A stretch of 64,000 nt of DNA from Candidatus Saccharimonadia bacterium (lineage in GTDB: Bacteria > Patescibacteriota > SICC01): positions 68,279-132,278 of the forward strand of contig JANWJF010000001.1 in the NCBI GenBank assembly GCA_025449535.1, given 5' to 3'. The translations under genes and the position numbers were made by a program. The notes below the pieces were generated by a model, which was not told where the DNA came from, did not search any database, and was given only the letters and a program-made list of their open reading frames with translations. Below, piece by piece: positions 1 through 8,819 of this stretch. Position 1 is the first letter of the stretch; each line of letters opens with the position of its first letter.

Positions 1-191
1 CTGGGACCTTTCACACTACCGGGACTATAAGGCGCCGTATTATACGCGGAAGTTCGCCGGGAGACTGTCGGCGCAGTTAGCCGCAAAACGTCCCGCGCTA
101 GCGGTATAATTAGGGAACTTGGGTCGGTACTGCGTACCGACCTGCGTCACTCGGAAATACCAAAGCGAGCTTTACATTTCACTCGTTCCTT

Positions 192-264
192 GGGCCGGTA
201 GCTCAGTCGGCAGAGCGCTGCGTTCGCAATGCAGAGGTCGGCGGTTCGAATCCGCCTCGGTCCA
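192..264 (+). tRNA. tRNA-Ala (anticodon CGC)
   Basis: 73-nt cloverleaf. Acceptor GGGCCGG/CCGGTCC with a G3:U70 pair, which is the Ala identity element. Anticodon arm CTGCG-TTCGCAA-TGCAG. T-loop GGTTCGAATCC. CCA is not encoded. Confidence 0.85.
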
Positions 265-289
265 CAAGAGGGGTATCATACGAGCAGCC

Positions 290-1111
290 ATGGCAAATTC
301 TCCGAGAAAGCGTACGGAAGATACCGGCACCGTATACCGACCCCATTTGGCACGTGACGGGGAGTACCTCCGGCAAGTCGCCGACACGATTCCCGACCAG
401 GAGGCCCGGGAGGTCCGCTTTGAGTACCTGACCCAGGCCTTGGCTGACCTCGGCGTGCCCGATGACCCGTACAAGCACGTCACCATCGAGGACCTGGTTT
501 CCAACGAGCTGGAGCAGGCCCTGGCGAAAGCGTTTAAGAAGGCGTGCGACATGAAGCCTGAAGCGGTCCCGGCCAGCGTACTGCGACTCTGGGACTATCT
601 TTCGGAGCCCGACGAGGTCACGGCGAGCGATCTGGTTATCGTATTCGGCGGACCGGGGCTGAGCCGGTTCGAAGTCGCACTAGACCTCTACCGGAAACGT
701 CTCGCTAAGAAGATCCTGTTCACCGGAAAGACGGCTTCGTATCACACCACCAGCCTGGAAGAGGCGAGGTACTTCGCGCAACTCGCGGAAGAGCAGGGGG
801 TGCCACCGGAAGATGTCCTGGTCGAACCGAAGTCGAGAAACACGCCGGAAAACGCGGCATTCAGCGTGGCCTTGCTCAAGGAAACCGGATTCGAGCCCGC
901 TCGCGTGATCCTGGTCACGTTGCCCTACCATATGCGCCGGACCGCGTTGACGTTCGGGGCAGTCGCGGACTGGACCCCGGAAACGATCCGTCAGCCGTGC
1001 GAATCGAGCCGGTTCACACGGGATAACTTCTACCAGGAGGAGCAGGGGTGGCAGTACGTGACGCACGAGTTCATCAAGATGTACGGCGCACGGTTGATGA
1101 AGCATTTTTAG
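290..1111 (+). CDS. DUF218/YdcF (ElyC/SanA-like) domain protein
   Basis: The track ORF 119..1111 begins inside the tRNA, so I trimmed it to the first ATG after the tRNA (MANSPRK...). Protein shows LVIVFGG...TGK...PKSRNTPENA motifs typical of DUF218. Confidence 0.7.
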   Translation: MANSPRKRTEDTGTVYRPHLARDGEYLRQVADTIPDQEAREVRFEYLTQALADLGVPDDPYKHVTIEDLVSNELEQALAKAFKKACDMKPEAVPASVLRLWDYLSEPDEVTASDLVIVFGGPGLSRFEVALDLYRKRLAKKILFTGKTASYHTTSLEEARYFAQLAEEQGVPPEDVLVEPKSRNTPENAAFSVALLKETGFEPARVILVTLPYHMRRTALTFGAVADWTPETIRQPCESSRFTRDNFYQEEQGWQYVTHEFIKMYGARLMKHF

Positions 1112-1124
1112 AAGTAAGACAAAA

Positions 1125-1191
1125 GTATACACATGTATACTTTGTTATTATCTTTTACAGCTTGCGTGATAACTTTTTTTTTTGGTATCAT
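1125..1191 (+). promoter_or_regulatory. Candidate operator and promoter upstream of the small-HTH operon
   Basis: GTATAC-N4-GTATAC palindrome at 1125-1140. TTGCGT (1162-1167), 18-nt spacer, then TGgTATCAT extended -10 (1183-1191). The ATG at 1201 would make the mRNA near-leaderless. Confidence 0.3.
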
Positions 1192-1200
1192 GAGTAGGTC

Positions 1201-1440
1201 ATGAACAATCACCCATTGAACGTCGCCGACCTAGACAAGCGAATGAAAGGAATTATGGCTCTACTGAGTGAAATTCTTTTTGCTTCGCCTAACTCCGATA
1301 GTCGAACACGCGGACGGGTTATTCAGGCTCTGTACAGGGCAGGGTTAAGCCCCAAGGACATCGCTGAGGTTGTAGGCACGACTCCTAACTCCGTCAGCGT
1401 GGCTCTGAGTCGCGAACGCTCGAAGGTTAAAGGCAAGTAA
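1201..1440 (+). CDS. Small HTH protein (sigma-70 region 4 / LuxR-like helix-turn-helix)
   Basis: 79 aa. LSPKDIAEVVGTTPNSVSVALSRERSK is a classic region-4-type HTH. Sits in a lower-GC patch. Confidence 0.55.
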   Translation: MNNHPLNVADLDKRMKGIMALLSEILFASPNSDSRTRGRVIQALYRAGLSPKDIAEVVGTTPNSVSVALSRERSKVKGK

Positions 1441-1454
1441 GGAGGTGATAAAGC

Positions 1455-1625
1455 ATGCCGACGAAGACCGAACGTGACGCGATACATTGGATGAAAGTCC
1501 TTATTGTGGTTCAAATGGCTACGGCTGGATGTACGAAGGCAGAGATCATGAAAGTAGTCTCCATGGATAGCAACGCCGTGAGCGCTATTACTGCACCCGT
1601 TAAAAGGGCAAGGGCTGGAAAATGA
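1455..1625 (+). CDS. Small HTH protein (56 aa), not in the ORF track
   Basis: GGAGGTG RBS at 1441-1447, ATG at 1455. Translates MPTKTERDAIHWMKVLIVVQMATAGCTKAEIMKVVSMDSNAVSAI..., which looks like an HTH. The stop overlaps the next ORF's start (ATGA). Confidence 0.4.
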   Translation: MPTKTERDAIHWMKVLIVVQMATAGCTKAEIMKVVSMDSNAVSAITAPVKRARAGK

Positions 1626-2020
1626 AAGTAAGTTCTTACGAGAGACTGCTTGCTGATATAGCAAAGCGTCTTGGTAGAACTGAAAAATCAATCCGGGAGG
1701 CCATTTCTAGGCGTGCCCGCAAGGAAGCCGTTACAAGGCAAGTAGCGATTGAACTCCTTGCCCGCGAAAACGACGTGGCCTCGGGAGCTCATTTCAGGAC
1801 CTTGTCAGATCAGCAGCAGTCCCAGGTTCATGCCATCTTAAGGGGGAGTCGCCACACCAACACACCGCCTGCCAGAGCCCCGAAATCACATACGACCCTG
1901 CCCACCCCTAAGAGACACGGGTGGCGGTCCTTATCGACCTGGGCCCAGGTAGCCACCATTATCGGAACTGTTATTGGGGTTCTGGGATTTATCGCAACTT
2001 TAATTGCTCTAAATGTTTGA
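1622..2020 (+). CDS. Hypothetical protein with N-terminal HTH-like segment and C-terminal transmembrane helix
   Basis: 132 aa. LADIAKRLGRTEKSIREAI at the N-terminus. C-terminal WAQVATIIGTVIGVLGFIATLIALNV is a TM helix. Translationally coupled to the upstream ORF. Confidence 0.5.
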   Translation: MKVSSYERLLADIAKRLGRTEKSIREAISRRARKEAVTRQVAIELLARENDVASGAHFRTLSDQQQSQVHAILRGSRHTNTPPARAPKSHTTLPTPKRHGWRSLSTWAQVATIIGTVIGVLGFIATLIALNV

Positions 2021-2087
2021 CAACCACGGCATAAAAAGCTACTCTTACTAACTCGCCGCATCTGCGAAGATCGGCGGGGAACACCAA

Positions 2088-2118
2088 CCGACACCTTATT
2101 TGGGTCGGTTTTTCTTTT
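2088..2118 (+). terminator. Rho-independent terminator of the small-HTH operon
   Basis: CCGAC-(11 nt)-GTCGG stem followed by TTTTTCTTTT. Confidence 0.45.
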
Positions 2119-2123
2119 ACACC

Positions 2124-2300
2124 ATGACTCTGAACGCACACTTCGATCGCCTGAAGCTCGCCGGCGTCTTCTACGGAAGCGTCGTGGTGACGCTGGCCGC
2201 CACCGGCCAGTTGGGACTGACGCCCGTCCAAGCCGCGCTAGGCGGGGGAGCGCTGGCAGCGAGTGGCGCGTACTATCATCACGTCCGACGCCTGATCTGA
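2124..2300 (+). CDS. Putative small membrane protein (58 aa from the ATG; the track calls it from TTG at 2100)
   Basis: MTLNAHFDRLKLAGVFYGSVVVTLAATGQLGL has a hydrophobic helix. Lies between two terminator-like hairpins, the second being AGGGGC/GCCTCT + TTTTTT at about 2318-2350. Confidence 0.25.
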   Translation: MTLNAHFDRLKLAGVFYGSVVVTLAATGQLGLTPVQAALGGGALAASGAYYHHVRRLI

Positions 2301-2377
2301 CCGGCGTCGAAAACTAGGACCGTTCACAGGGGCTGGGCCATCGCCTCTTTTTTCCGCTTGCTCGGTGCCTGCAGGCC

Positions 2378-2406
2378 TTGACAAATGAGGCTAATAATGC
2401 TATGCT
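2378..2406 (+). promoter_or_regulatory. Sigma-70-like promoter for the 2446 gene
   Basis: TTGACA (2378-2383), 17-nt spacer, TATGCT (2401-2406). Followed by GGAAAGGAAAT RBS and the ATG at 2446. Confidence 0.35.
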
Positions 2407-2445
2407 AATGAACTTCCAGGACATACGTCCGGGAAAGGAAATAGC

Positions 2446-3561
2446 ATGGCTGACCTAAAAACAATCATCCATATCACGCAGGAACAACTCAAGCGCGAGC
2501 TGCCGGTCCACGAGGCGGTCATCGGATCGCTGGAGGTGCTGCCGTCGCGCGAGGCGGACGTCCTGACGCGCCGAGCGGGACTCCGCGCCGGGAAGCCAGA
2601 CACGCTGGCGAAGATCGGAGACGAACTCGGTGTGACGCGCGAACGCGTGCGGCAGATCGAGAAGCAGGGCCGGACCAAGTTCGCGAAGCAGCTGGAGAAG
2701 GCGCCCCTGAGGGACATCCTCAAGCTGACGCTCGAGTTCATCCGCGAACGGGGCGGGGCGGTCGACGTCGAGGCGCTGACGGAGGAGTTCCTGCCGCAGA
2801 GCCAGCAGACCGAGGGCGGCGCGGCCGCGCTGGCGCTGGTCCTGCACAGCACCCCGGCCGTGGTCCAGGTCAAGGAGGACAAGGGACACGGCAAGCTGTA
2901 CGCGCTCAGTAACGCCCATGCGACCACTGCCACCGGCCTGATCCCGGTACTCGAAGGTGCTTTGGCCGAGGCCAAGGAACCGCGCACCGCGGAAGCGCTC
3001 GCCGCGGACGCCAAGGTCGCCGAGGCGGCCGCCGGCAACGGACACCTGCTGTCCGACGCGATGGTTGCGTCCGTGTTGTCGTTCGGCTCGCCGTTCGTGC
3101 GCACCGACGACGAGCGGTTCGGCCTGGCGATCTGGCGTGACATCAATCCCCGGAACATCCACGACAAGACGCTCTTCGTGATGAAGCAGGCCAAGACGCC
3201 GCTGCACTTCGAGGACATCACCGAGCGGATCAAGCGGGCAAAGTTCGACCAGAAGCCGGTGACCGTCCAGGCGGTGCACAACGAGCTGATCAACGGCGAC
3301 GAGTTCGTCCTGATCGGGCGCGGCATCTACGCGCTCAAGGAGTGGGGCTACGTCCCGGGTACCGTCGCCGACGTGATCCGGAAGATCCTCACCGACGCGG
3401 ACGGGCCGATGGAGCGCGCGGAGATCGTCGAGGAAGTGCTCAAGCAGCGCCACGTCTCCGAGAACACGGTCGTGATTAACCTGCAGGAGAAGTCGAAGTT
3501 CCGGCGGATCGGGGGCAAGTACGCGATCACCGAGGAATCCCCTGAGCCGGGAGGGAAATAA
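2446..3561 (+). CDS. Sigma-70 region-4 domain protein with a long C-terminal extension
   Basis: 371 aa. The N-terminus EADVLTRRAGL...TLAKIGDELGVTRERVRQIEKQGRTKF is a canonical sigma-70 region 4.2 HTH. The overlapping 1197-aa minus-strand ORF is an antisense artifact. Confidence 0.65.
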   Translation: MADLKTIIHITQEQLKRELPVHEAVIGSLEVLPSREADVLTRRAGLRAGKPDTLAKIGDELGVTRERVRQIEKQGRTKFAKQLEKAPLRDILKLTLEFIRERGGAVDVEALTEEFLPQSQQTEGGAAALALVLHSTPAVVQVKEDKGHGKLYALSNAHATTATGLIPVLEGALAEAKEPRTAEALAADAKVAEAAAGNGHLLSDAMVASVLSFGSPFVRTDDERFGLAIWRDINPRNIHDKTLFVMKQAKTPLHFEDITERIKRAKFDQKPVTVQAVHNELINGDEFVLIGRGIYALKEWGYVPGTVADVIRKILTDADGPMERAEIVEEVLKQRHVSENTVVINLQEKSKFRRIGGKYAITEESPEPGGK

Positions 3562-3564
3562 GGC

Positions 3565-6414
3565 ATGGAAGCCCTGATCGGCCTGTTGGTGACGGTCCTC
3601 GTCTACACCTGGTGGATCATCGTGCCGATCCTGCTGTTCCTGGCGATCCAAGCGTACCGCCGGCGGGTCTGGACGCAGCACCAGCGCTACGTGCTCCTGA
3701 AGGTCTCCGTGCCGAAGGAGAACGAGAAGGCGCCGGTCGCCGCCGAGCAGATGTTCGCGGCCCTGCACGGCCTGCATCGCGACTCCCGGGCACGCTTCTT
3801 CGAAGGCAGCGTCCAGGAGCACATCAGCTTCGAGATCATCTCCCAGAAGAACCGGATCTACTTCTACATCTACGCGCCGGCGTCGCAGAAGTCGTTCGTC
3901 GAAGGGCAGGTCTACGCGCAGTACCCGAAGGCGGAGATCAGCAAGGCCGAGGACTACGTGAACCCGACGGAGATCGGCCAGCGGCGCGTGGCCGGGGCCG
4001 AACTCAAGCTGGTCCGCAAGGACGCGTACCCGATCAAGACCTTCCTCAACTTCGAGGATGTCGACCCGCTCTCCGGCATCACGGCGGTGCTGGGCGACCT
4101 CGGCGAGGATGAGGAAGTCTGGATCCAGATCCTGGCCCGGCCGGCCGACGACCGTTGGCGGCACCGGGGCGAGAACGAGCTCAAGCGCCTGTCCGGCGGC
4201 GGCGGAGGCCGCGCCAGCGGGTTCTTCGGAGCCATCGGCAGCTTCGCCGGTGACATGTTCTCCGCGGCCACCACGGCGCCGGAGACCGGGTCCGGCGGCA
4301 AGCCCGCGGCGAAGCCGAACGAACCGGTCCCCGTGGACGAGGCGATCAGCTCCGGCATCAAGGAGAAGTCCGCTAAGCTGGGCTACGAGACGAAGATCCG
4401 GCTGGTGGCGATCTCTCCGGACCAGACCCAGGCCCGGGGTCGCCTGAACGCCGCCATCGGCGCCTTCAAGCAATACAACACCACCAATCTGAACGGGTTC
4501 ACACCCGGCCGGGTCCAGACCAACACCGACAAGGTGGTCACGCCCTACAAGGCGCGGCTGTTCCCAGGCCACGGGCCGGTCCTGAACATCGAGGAGCTGG
4601 CCAGCGTCTTCCACCTCCCGAACATCTCCGTGGAAACGCCGAGTATCTCCTGGACGGCCTCCAGCCAGGGCGAGCCGCCCGAGGACCTGCCGATCGAAGG
4701 CAGCGACGAGGGCCTGACGATCTTCGCCGAGACCAAGTTCCGCGACAAGGTCGAGAAGTTCGGGATCAAGCACGACGACCGGCGCCGCCACGTCTACGCC
4801 ATCGGTAAGACCGGCATGGGTAAGACGCACATGCTGGAGACGATGGTACTCTCCGACATGCAGGCGGGCAGGGGACTGGCCGTGGTCGACCCGCACGGCG
4901 ACTTCATCGAGAGCGTGCTGGATCACATCCCGCAGAGCCGCGTCGACGACGTGATCGTCTTCAACCCGGCTGACCGCGACCATCCGATCGCGTTCAACAT
5001 CCTCGAGAAGGTCGACAAGGACGCCAAGCCGCTGGTGGCCTCCGGCGTGGTCGGCGTCTTCGAGAAGATCTACGGGCACTCCTGGGGGCCCCGGCTGGAG
5101 CACATCCTCCGGAATACCATCCTGGCGCTGCTGGATTATCCGGACTCGACGCTGCTCGACGTGCCAAAGCTGCTGGCCAACGACAAGTTCCGTCAGGACG
5201 TGATCAAGCACATCGAGGACCCGGTGGTGCGCAACTTCTGGGTGGACGAGTTCGGCAACTACGCCGAGCGCCAACGGGTCGAGGCGATCGCGCCGATCCA
5301 GAACAAGGTCGGCCAGTTCCTGGCCTCGACCACCATCCGGAACATCGTCGGGCAGAAGCACACCGCGATCAACATGCGCGAGGCGATGGATACCGGCAAG
5401 ATCATCCTGCTGAAGCTTTCCAAGGGCGAGCTCGGCGAGGACGCCTCGGCGCTGCTTGGAGCGATGCTGATCACCAAGATGCAGCTGGCGGCGATGTCCC
5501 GCGCGAACGTCGTGGAGTCCGAGCGCCGCGACTTCTACCTGTACGTAGACGAATTCCAGAACTTCGCCACCCAGAGCTTCGCGACGATCCTCTCCGAGGC
5601 CCGGAAGTACCGGCTCAACCTGGCGATCGCGCACCAGTACGTCTCCCAGATGCCCGAAGAGGTCCGGGACGCCGTGTTCGGCAACGTCGGGACGATCATT
5701 AGCTTCCGGGTCGGCGCCGCCGACGCGGCCTGGCTGGTGAAGGAGTTCGAGCCGGTGTTCGAGGAGACGGACATCGTGAACCTCGACAAGTACAACGTCT
5801 ACCTGAAGGTCGCGATCGAGGGCGTGACGGGGAACGCGTTCAGCGCCCGGACGATCCCGCTGCCCAGCCAGACGACGCCGTACCGCGACCAGGTCATCAA
5901 GCAGACCCACGAGCACTACTCCCAGCCGCGCGCGGCCGTCGAAGCGGAGATCGTCTCGGACAGCCCGGAGGTCGAGCAGGCGCAAGAGGACGACAAGCAG
6001 CGTCGGTTCCAGTCGTACCTGGACAAGGAACGGTCTTTCCATCAGCAAATCGAAGAAAAGGCCTCAACCCAGACGAAAAAGCCGACTCCTGCACCCGTGC
6101 CTGCGCCAAAGCCGCGGACCGAGAAACCGAAGGTCAAACCTCGGGCGCAGGCAGGGAAGCGGCCGCAGCCGAAGCACAAGACACCCGCTAAGCCACGTGC
6201 GACGGCCTCCCAGCCGAAGCCGGCCCGCACCAGCAAGAGCGACGCCGGCGCCCGGGAGCACTCCGTCAGTCCGCCGCCTCGGAACGAGCGGCCGGTCGAG
6301 CCGACGTCCCGACGTCCCGAACAGCCCGTCGTCCCCGAGACTCACGAACCGACACCGCCACCCCTCGGGGACGGTGGCGGCGAGCTGGATGAAGACACGG
6401 TAATCAAGTTCTGA
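3565..6414 (+). CDS. TraD/TraG/VirD4-like type IV coupling protein (FtsK/HerA-superfamily P-loop ATPase) with disordered Lys/Pro-rich tail
   Basis: 949 aa. N-terminal TM helix. Walker A HVYAIGKTGMGKTH. Walker B FYLYVDEFQNF. TraG-D_C-like block RKYRLNLAIAHQYVSQM...GTIISFRVG. The C-terminal ~120 aa are KP-rich low complexity. Confidence 0.7.
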   Translation: MEALIGLLVTVLVYTWWIIVPILLFLAIQAYRRRVWTQHQRYVLLKVSVPKENEKAPVAAEQMFAALHGLHRDSRARFFEGSVQEHISFEIISQKNRIYFYIYAPASQKSFVEGQVYAQYPKAEISKAEDYVNPTEIGQRRVAGAELKLVRKDAYPIKTFLNFEDVDPLSGITAVLGDLGEDEEVWIQILARPADDRWRHRGENELKRLSGGGGGRASGFFGAIGSFAGDMFSAATTAPETGSGGKPAAKPNEPVPVDEAISSGIKEKSAKLGYETKIRLVAISPDQTQARGRLNAAIGAFKQYNTTNLNGFTPGRVQTNTDKVVTPYKARLFPGHGPVLNIEELASVFHLPNISVETPSISWTASSQGEPPEDLPIEGSDEGLTIFAETKFRDKVEKFGIKHDDRRRHVYAIGKTGMGKTHMLETMVLSDMQAGRGLAVVDPHGDFIESVLDHIPQSRVDDVIVFNPADRDHPIAFNILEKVDKDAKPLVASGVVGVFEKIYGHSWGPRLEHILRNTILALLDYPDSTLLDVPKLLANDKFRQDVIKHIEDPVVRNFWVDEFGNYAERQRVEAIAPIQNKVGQFLASTTIRNIVGQKHTAINMREAMDTGKIILLKLSKGELGEDASALLGAMLITKMQLAAMSRANVVESERRDFYLYVDEFQNFATQSFATILSEARKYRLNLAIAHQYVSQMPEEVRDAVFGNVGTIISFRVGAADAAWLVKEFEPVFEETDIVNLDKYNVYLKVAIEGVTGNAFSARTIPLPSQTTPYRDQVIKQTHEHYSQPRAAVEAEIVSDSPEVEQAQEDDKQRRFQSYLDKERSFHQQIEEKASTQTKKPTPAPVPAPKPRTEKPKVKPRAQAGKRPQPKHKTPAKPRATASQPKPARTSKSDAGAREHSVSPPPRNERPVEPTSRRPEQPVVPETHEPTPPPLGDGGGELDEDTVIKF

Positions 6415-6416
6415 TC

Positions 6417-6638
6417 ATGCCTACAGTAGAAAAAAAGTACACCCAGGACGTCTACGAAGGCCGGCACGAGTACGGCGGCAACCACGACGTCTACGAGATG
6501 CCAGACAAGGCCAAACCGCACGGCAGGGTGCATACCAGCCCGCGGGTGATCATGACGATCCTAATCCTGCTCCTGTTCATCATCGGACTCAGCGTGGTGA
6601 TCTTCGAGATCATCAAGCAGTCACGAGGATTTGCGTAA
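6417..6638 (+). CDS. Small membrane protein
   Basis: 73 aa. Starts 3 nt after the coupling-protein stop. C-terminal TM helix IMTILILLLFIIGLSVVIFEII. Confidence 0.5.
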   Translation: MPTVEKKYTQDVYEGRHEYGGNHDVYEMPDKAKPHGRVHTSPRVIMTILILLLFIIGLSVVIFEIIKQSRGFA

Positions 6639-6693
6639 GAAAAGCAATAAAGTAGCTTTACAAAGACATTTACGGTTGTTTTAATGGCTGACT

Positions 6694-7515
6694 ATGGTGA
6701 ATTCAAAGCCCACGGATGCTCGAACAGGGGAAGTAGAGTGGTTTACGGATCCCGACGGCCTGTTCGGGAACGGTTACTACGAGACCCAAGTGGTGGCCCT
6801 TTCTCCAGAGCGCACCCGACGGGAAGTGGGCTTCTTGCTCGACCACGCCGGTCTCGCGCCCGGTGACCGGGTCCTGGATATCCCGTGCGGACATGGCCGT
6901 CATGCCGTCGAGCTTGCCCAGCGGGGCATCCACGTAACCGGGGTCGATTTGTCCCAACCGGCGTTGGCCCGCGCGGCGGCCGCCTCCTGGGAAGCAGGCG
7001 TGGACCTCCGGCTGGAACAGCAAGACACGCGCGAGGCTTCCTTGGAAGCCCGGTTCGACTGGGCGATTACGCTCTTTAACTCACTCGGCTACGGCGAGAA
7101 GACCGATGACCGCGCGACGCTACGACGTATCGCCAGCGCCCTTAAGCCGGATGGTGCGTTGATCCTCGAGGAATCGAATCTCGAATATACGGCCCGCCTG
7201 ATCGAACGCGAAGAACACCTCCGGGACGGCGTCTACGTCACTGATTACGCGTACCGAGGAGTTTGGGATCAACCGGTGTACCACATGCATGTCTGGAATC
7301 CGGAAACACGACGAATGCAGGTCCATGTGCTTTGGTGGGGTGAGGATGGGGTAATGAGAGAAACGCTCGCTGACATCCGCGCATACTCATTCGAAGAACT
7401 ATCCGGCTTGCTGGAGGACGCCGGATTACGAACCGTCGCGACATGGGGAGACTATGACGGATCCGCGCTCGAACCGGAGAGTAAACAGGTGATCATCAAG
7501 GCTCAGTTGGCCTGA
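6694..7515 (+). CDS. Class I SAM-dependent methyltransferase
   Basis: 273 aa. Motif I VLDIPCGHGRHAVELAQRG. Acidic post-I motif present. Confidence 0.75.
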   Translation: MVNSKPTDARTGEVEWFTDPDGLFGNGYYETQVVALSPERTRREVGFLLDHAGLAPGDRVLDIPCGHGRHAVELAQRGIHVTGVDLSQPALARAAAASWEAGVDLRLEQQDTREASLEARFDWAITLFNSLGYGEKTDDRATLRRIASALKPDGALILEESNLEYTARLIEREEHLRDGVYVTDYAYRGVWDQPVYHMHVWNPETRRMQVHVLWWGEDGVMRETLADIRAYSFEELSGLLEDAGLRTVATWGDYDGSALEPESKQVIIKAQLA

Positions 7516-7568
7516 CTGCATAAGTCGCAAAAGTTATGTTGTGCGACGTTAGTATAGGCCACAGCTCG

Positions 7569-8087
7569 TTATTCCCTGACGAGCCCCAGTTCCACTTGCC
7601 GGATCTTTGTCCGGCCGCCTGCCTGGACGCCGTAGAAGGCTGCATACCGCGCGGCCAGGTCTAAGACGCGTTCGGCCAGTTGCTCTTCCCCTATCGTGCG
7701 AGCGACGGCTTCCAGGTCGAGTATCGTCCGACACGCCGTTTGGGCGTGTCCACGCAACTCCTCCTGGCTGAGAGGAAATTCCTCCGGCTGCTTGATGGCA
7801 AGCCCCATGACGGTATCGCACTCGAATTCCGTCGCGAAGACGTTGCGAAGGTCCGTATCGCCGATCGTCTCCCAGCTCACGACGCTGCTTTCGACAGCCT
7901 CACTGACGTACTCATCCGGCCGGCGCAGCCGTCCCGGGCGGTCACGGACGATGTCACCCAGTTCGGTAACCATTTCACTGAACTCAGCCGCAAGCTTCGG
8001 ATCGTAACGCAGGCTTCCTTCGGTCAGCTCCCTGTCCGGCTTTCCGTCGGGCGGCTGCGTCTCCGGGTCGAGCGTCCCTTCAGTCAT
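7569..8087 (-). CDS. Hypothetical protein (last gene of the minus-strand dcw transcript direction)
   Basis: 172 aa with normal amino-acid composition. The overlapping plus-strand ORF 7680..8297 is Arg-rich antisense-type. A convergent 6-bp palindromic hairpin GTCGCA...TGCGAC sits at 7527-7551. Confidence 0.5.
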   Translation of the reverse strand: MTEGTLDPETQPPDGKPDRELTEGSLRYDPKLAAEFSEMVTELGDIVRDRPGRLRRPDEYVSEAVESSVVSWETIGDTDLRNVFATEFECDTVMGLAIKQPEEFPLSQEELRGHAQTACRTILDLEAVARTIGEEQLAERVLDLAARYAAFYGVQAGGRTKIRQVELGLVRE

Positions 8088-8099
8088 TACGATACCCGC

Positions 8100-8819
8100 T
8101 CAGGGACGCTTCCAACGCTCATTGAATTCCTTCACCCGGTCGTACGCGTAAGCCGAGCCGGCGATGGACGGAAGAAGCGCGGACCGGTCCTCGACCACGT
8201 TCCAGCTGTGCCAAAGGAGCAGCTTCGTCCGGTCCTTGTTGGTTTCCGCGAACTGCTCCTGCTGATCCAAGACTGCCTCGGTCCGCGGGACCTGTAAACC
8301 TCCCCCGACGAAGCCGGGTGCGAGCGTGATCAGGCCGTACTTGATGTTCGGCGGGTTCGAGACCCAGTACTGCCGTCCCGACGGACCGTTGTCGACCCGG
8401 ATCACGCTGAACCGCGGATCCGCGGCCACTTTCGCGGCCCCGAAGACGTACACCAACGGCTTGCCGTCGAACCGCAGCCAACGGTCCACGGAGTATTCCC
8501 GGGCCAATGTCTCGAACGTCCCTTCCCCTGCCCGGCTGCTCGGGACGAAGAACGCGTACCGTAAGCCAGTCTTGCCACGGATACGTTCGACCGTCTTGGA
8601 CGCCTGCGGCCGGGTGGCCGGAGTCCAGCGGATCGCGGCGAAGTCGAATCCCCCACCCTGGAGTGACGACGGGTCGAGCCTTTCCGTGGGATCGACGGTC
8701 ACGCCGATCGGGGCGGGTTCCGGCCGGGCCGACTCGCGGTCGCGGGACTCGCGGACGGCGAGAAAGACGTAGGTCACCAGTACCACCAGTACGGCCAGGA
8801 TCACCCATGGCCGCCTCAT
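8100..8819 (-). CDS. Membrane-anchored extracytoplasmic hypothetical protein
   Basis: Start trimmed to MRRPWVILAVLVVLVTYVFLAV (a signal-anchor). Its start overlaps the ftsQ stop (ATGA). ~240 aa. Confidence 0.55.
   Translation of the reverse strand: MRRPWVILAVLVVLVTYVFLAVRESRDRESARPEPAPIGVTVDPTERLDPSSLQGGGFDFAAIRWTPATRPQASKTVERIRGKTGLRYAFFVPSSRAGEGTFETLAREYSVDRWLRFDGKPLVYVFGAAKVAADPRFSVIRVDNGPSGRQYWVSNPPNIKYGLITLAPGFVGGGLQVPRTEAVLDQQEQFAETNKDRTKLLLWHSWNVVEDRSALLPSIAGSAYAYDRVKEFNERWKRP

Noticed and set aside
119-1111. 330-aa ORF starting upstream of and running through tRNA-Ala
   Set aside because: The first 57 codons overlap the tRNA. The protein-like part (DUF218) begins at the ATG at 290.
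2455-6048. 1197-aa minus-strand ORF spanning the sigma-like and coupling-protein genes
   Set aside because: Arg/Asp/Leu/Val-rich low-complexity translation typical of the antisense frame in high-GC DNA. The plus-strand genes have clear motifs (sigma region 4, Walker A/B).
192-7600. Direct repeat of the tRNA-Ala 3' end that would delimit an island at the left edge
   Set aside because: I looked for a second copy of TCCGCCTCGGTCCA-like sequence near 2300-2440, 6640-6700 and 7516-7568 and found none. Island boundaries therefore remain unsupported.
7680-8297. 205-aa plus-strand ORF overlapping the 7569..8087 minus-strand gene
   Set aside because: Arg-rich antisense-type composition. The minus-strand ORF has a balanced composition and abuts the upstream minus-strand gene.
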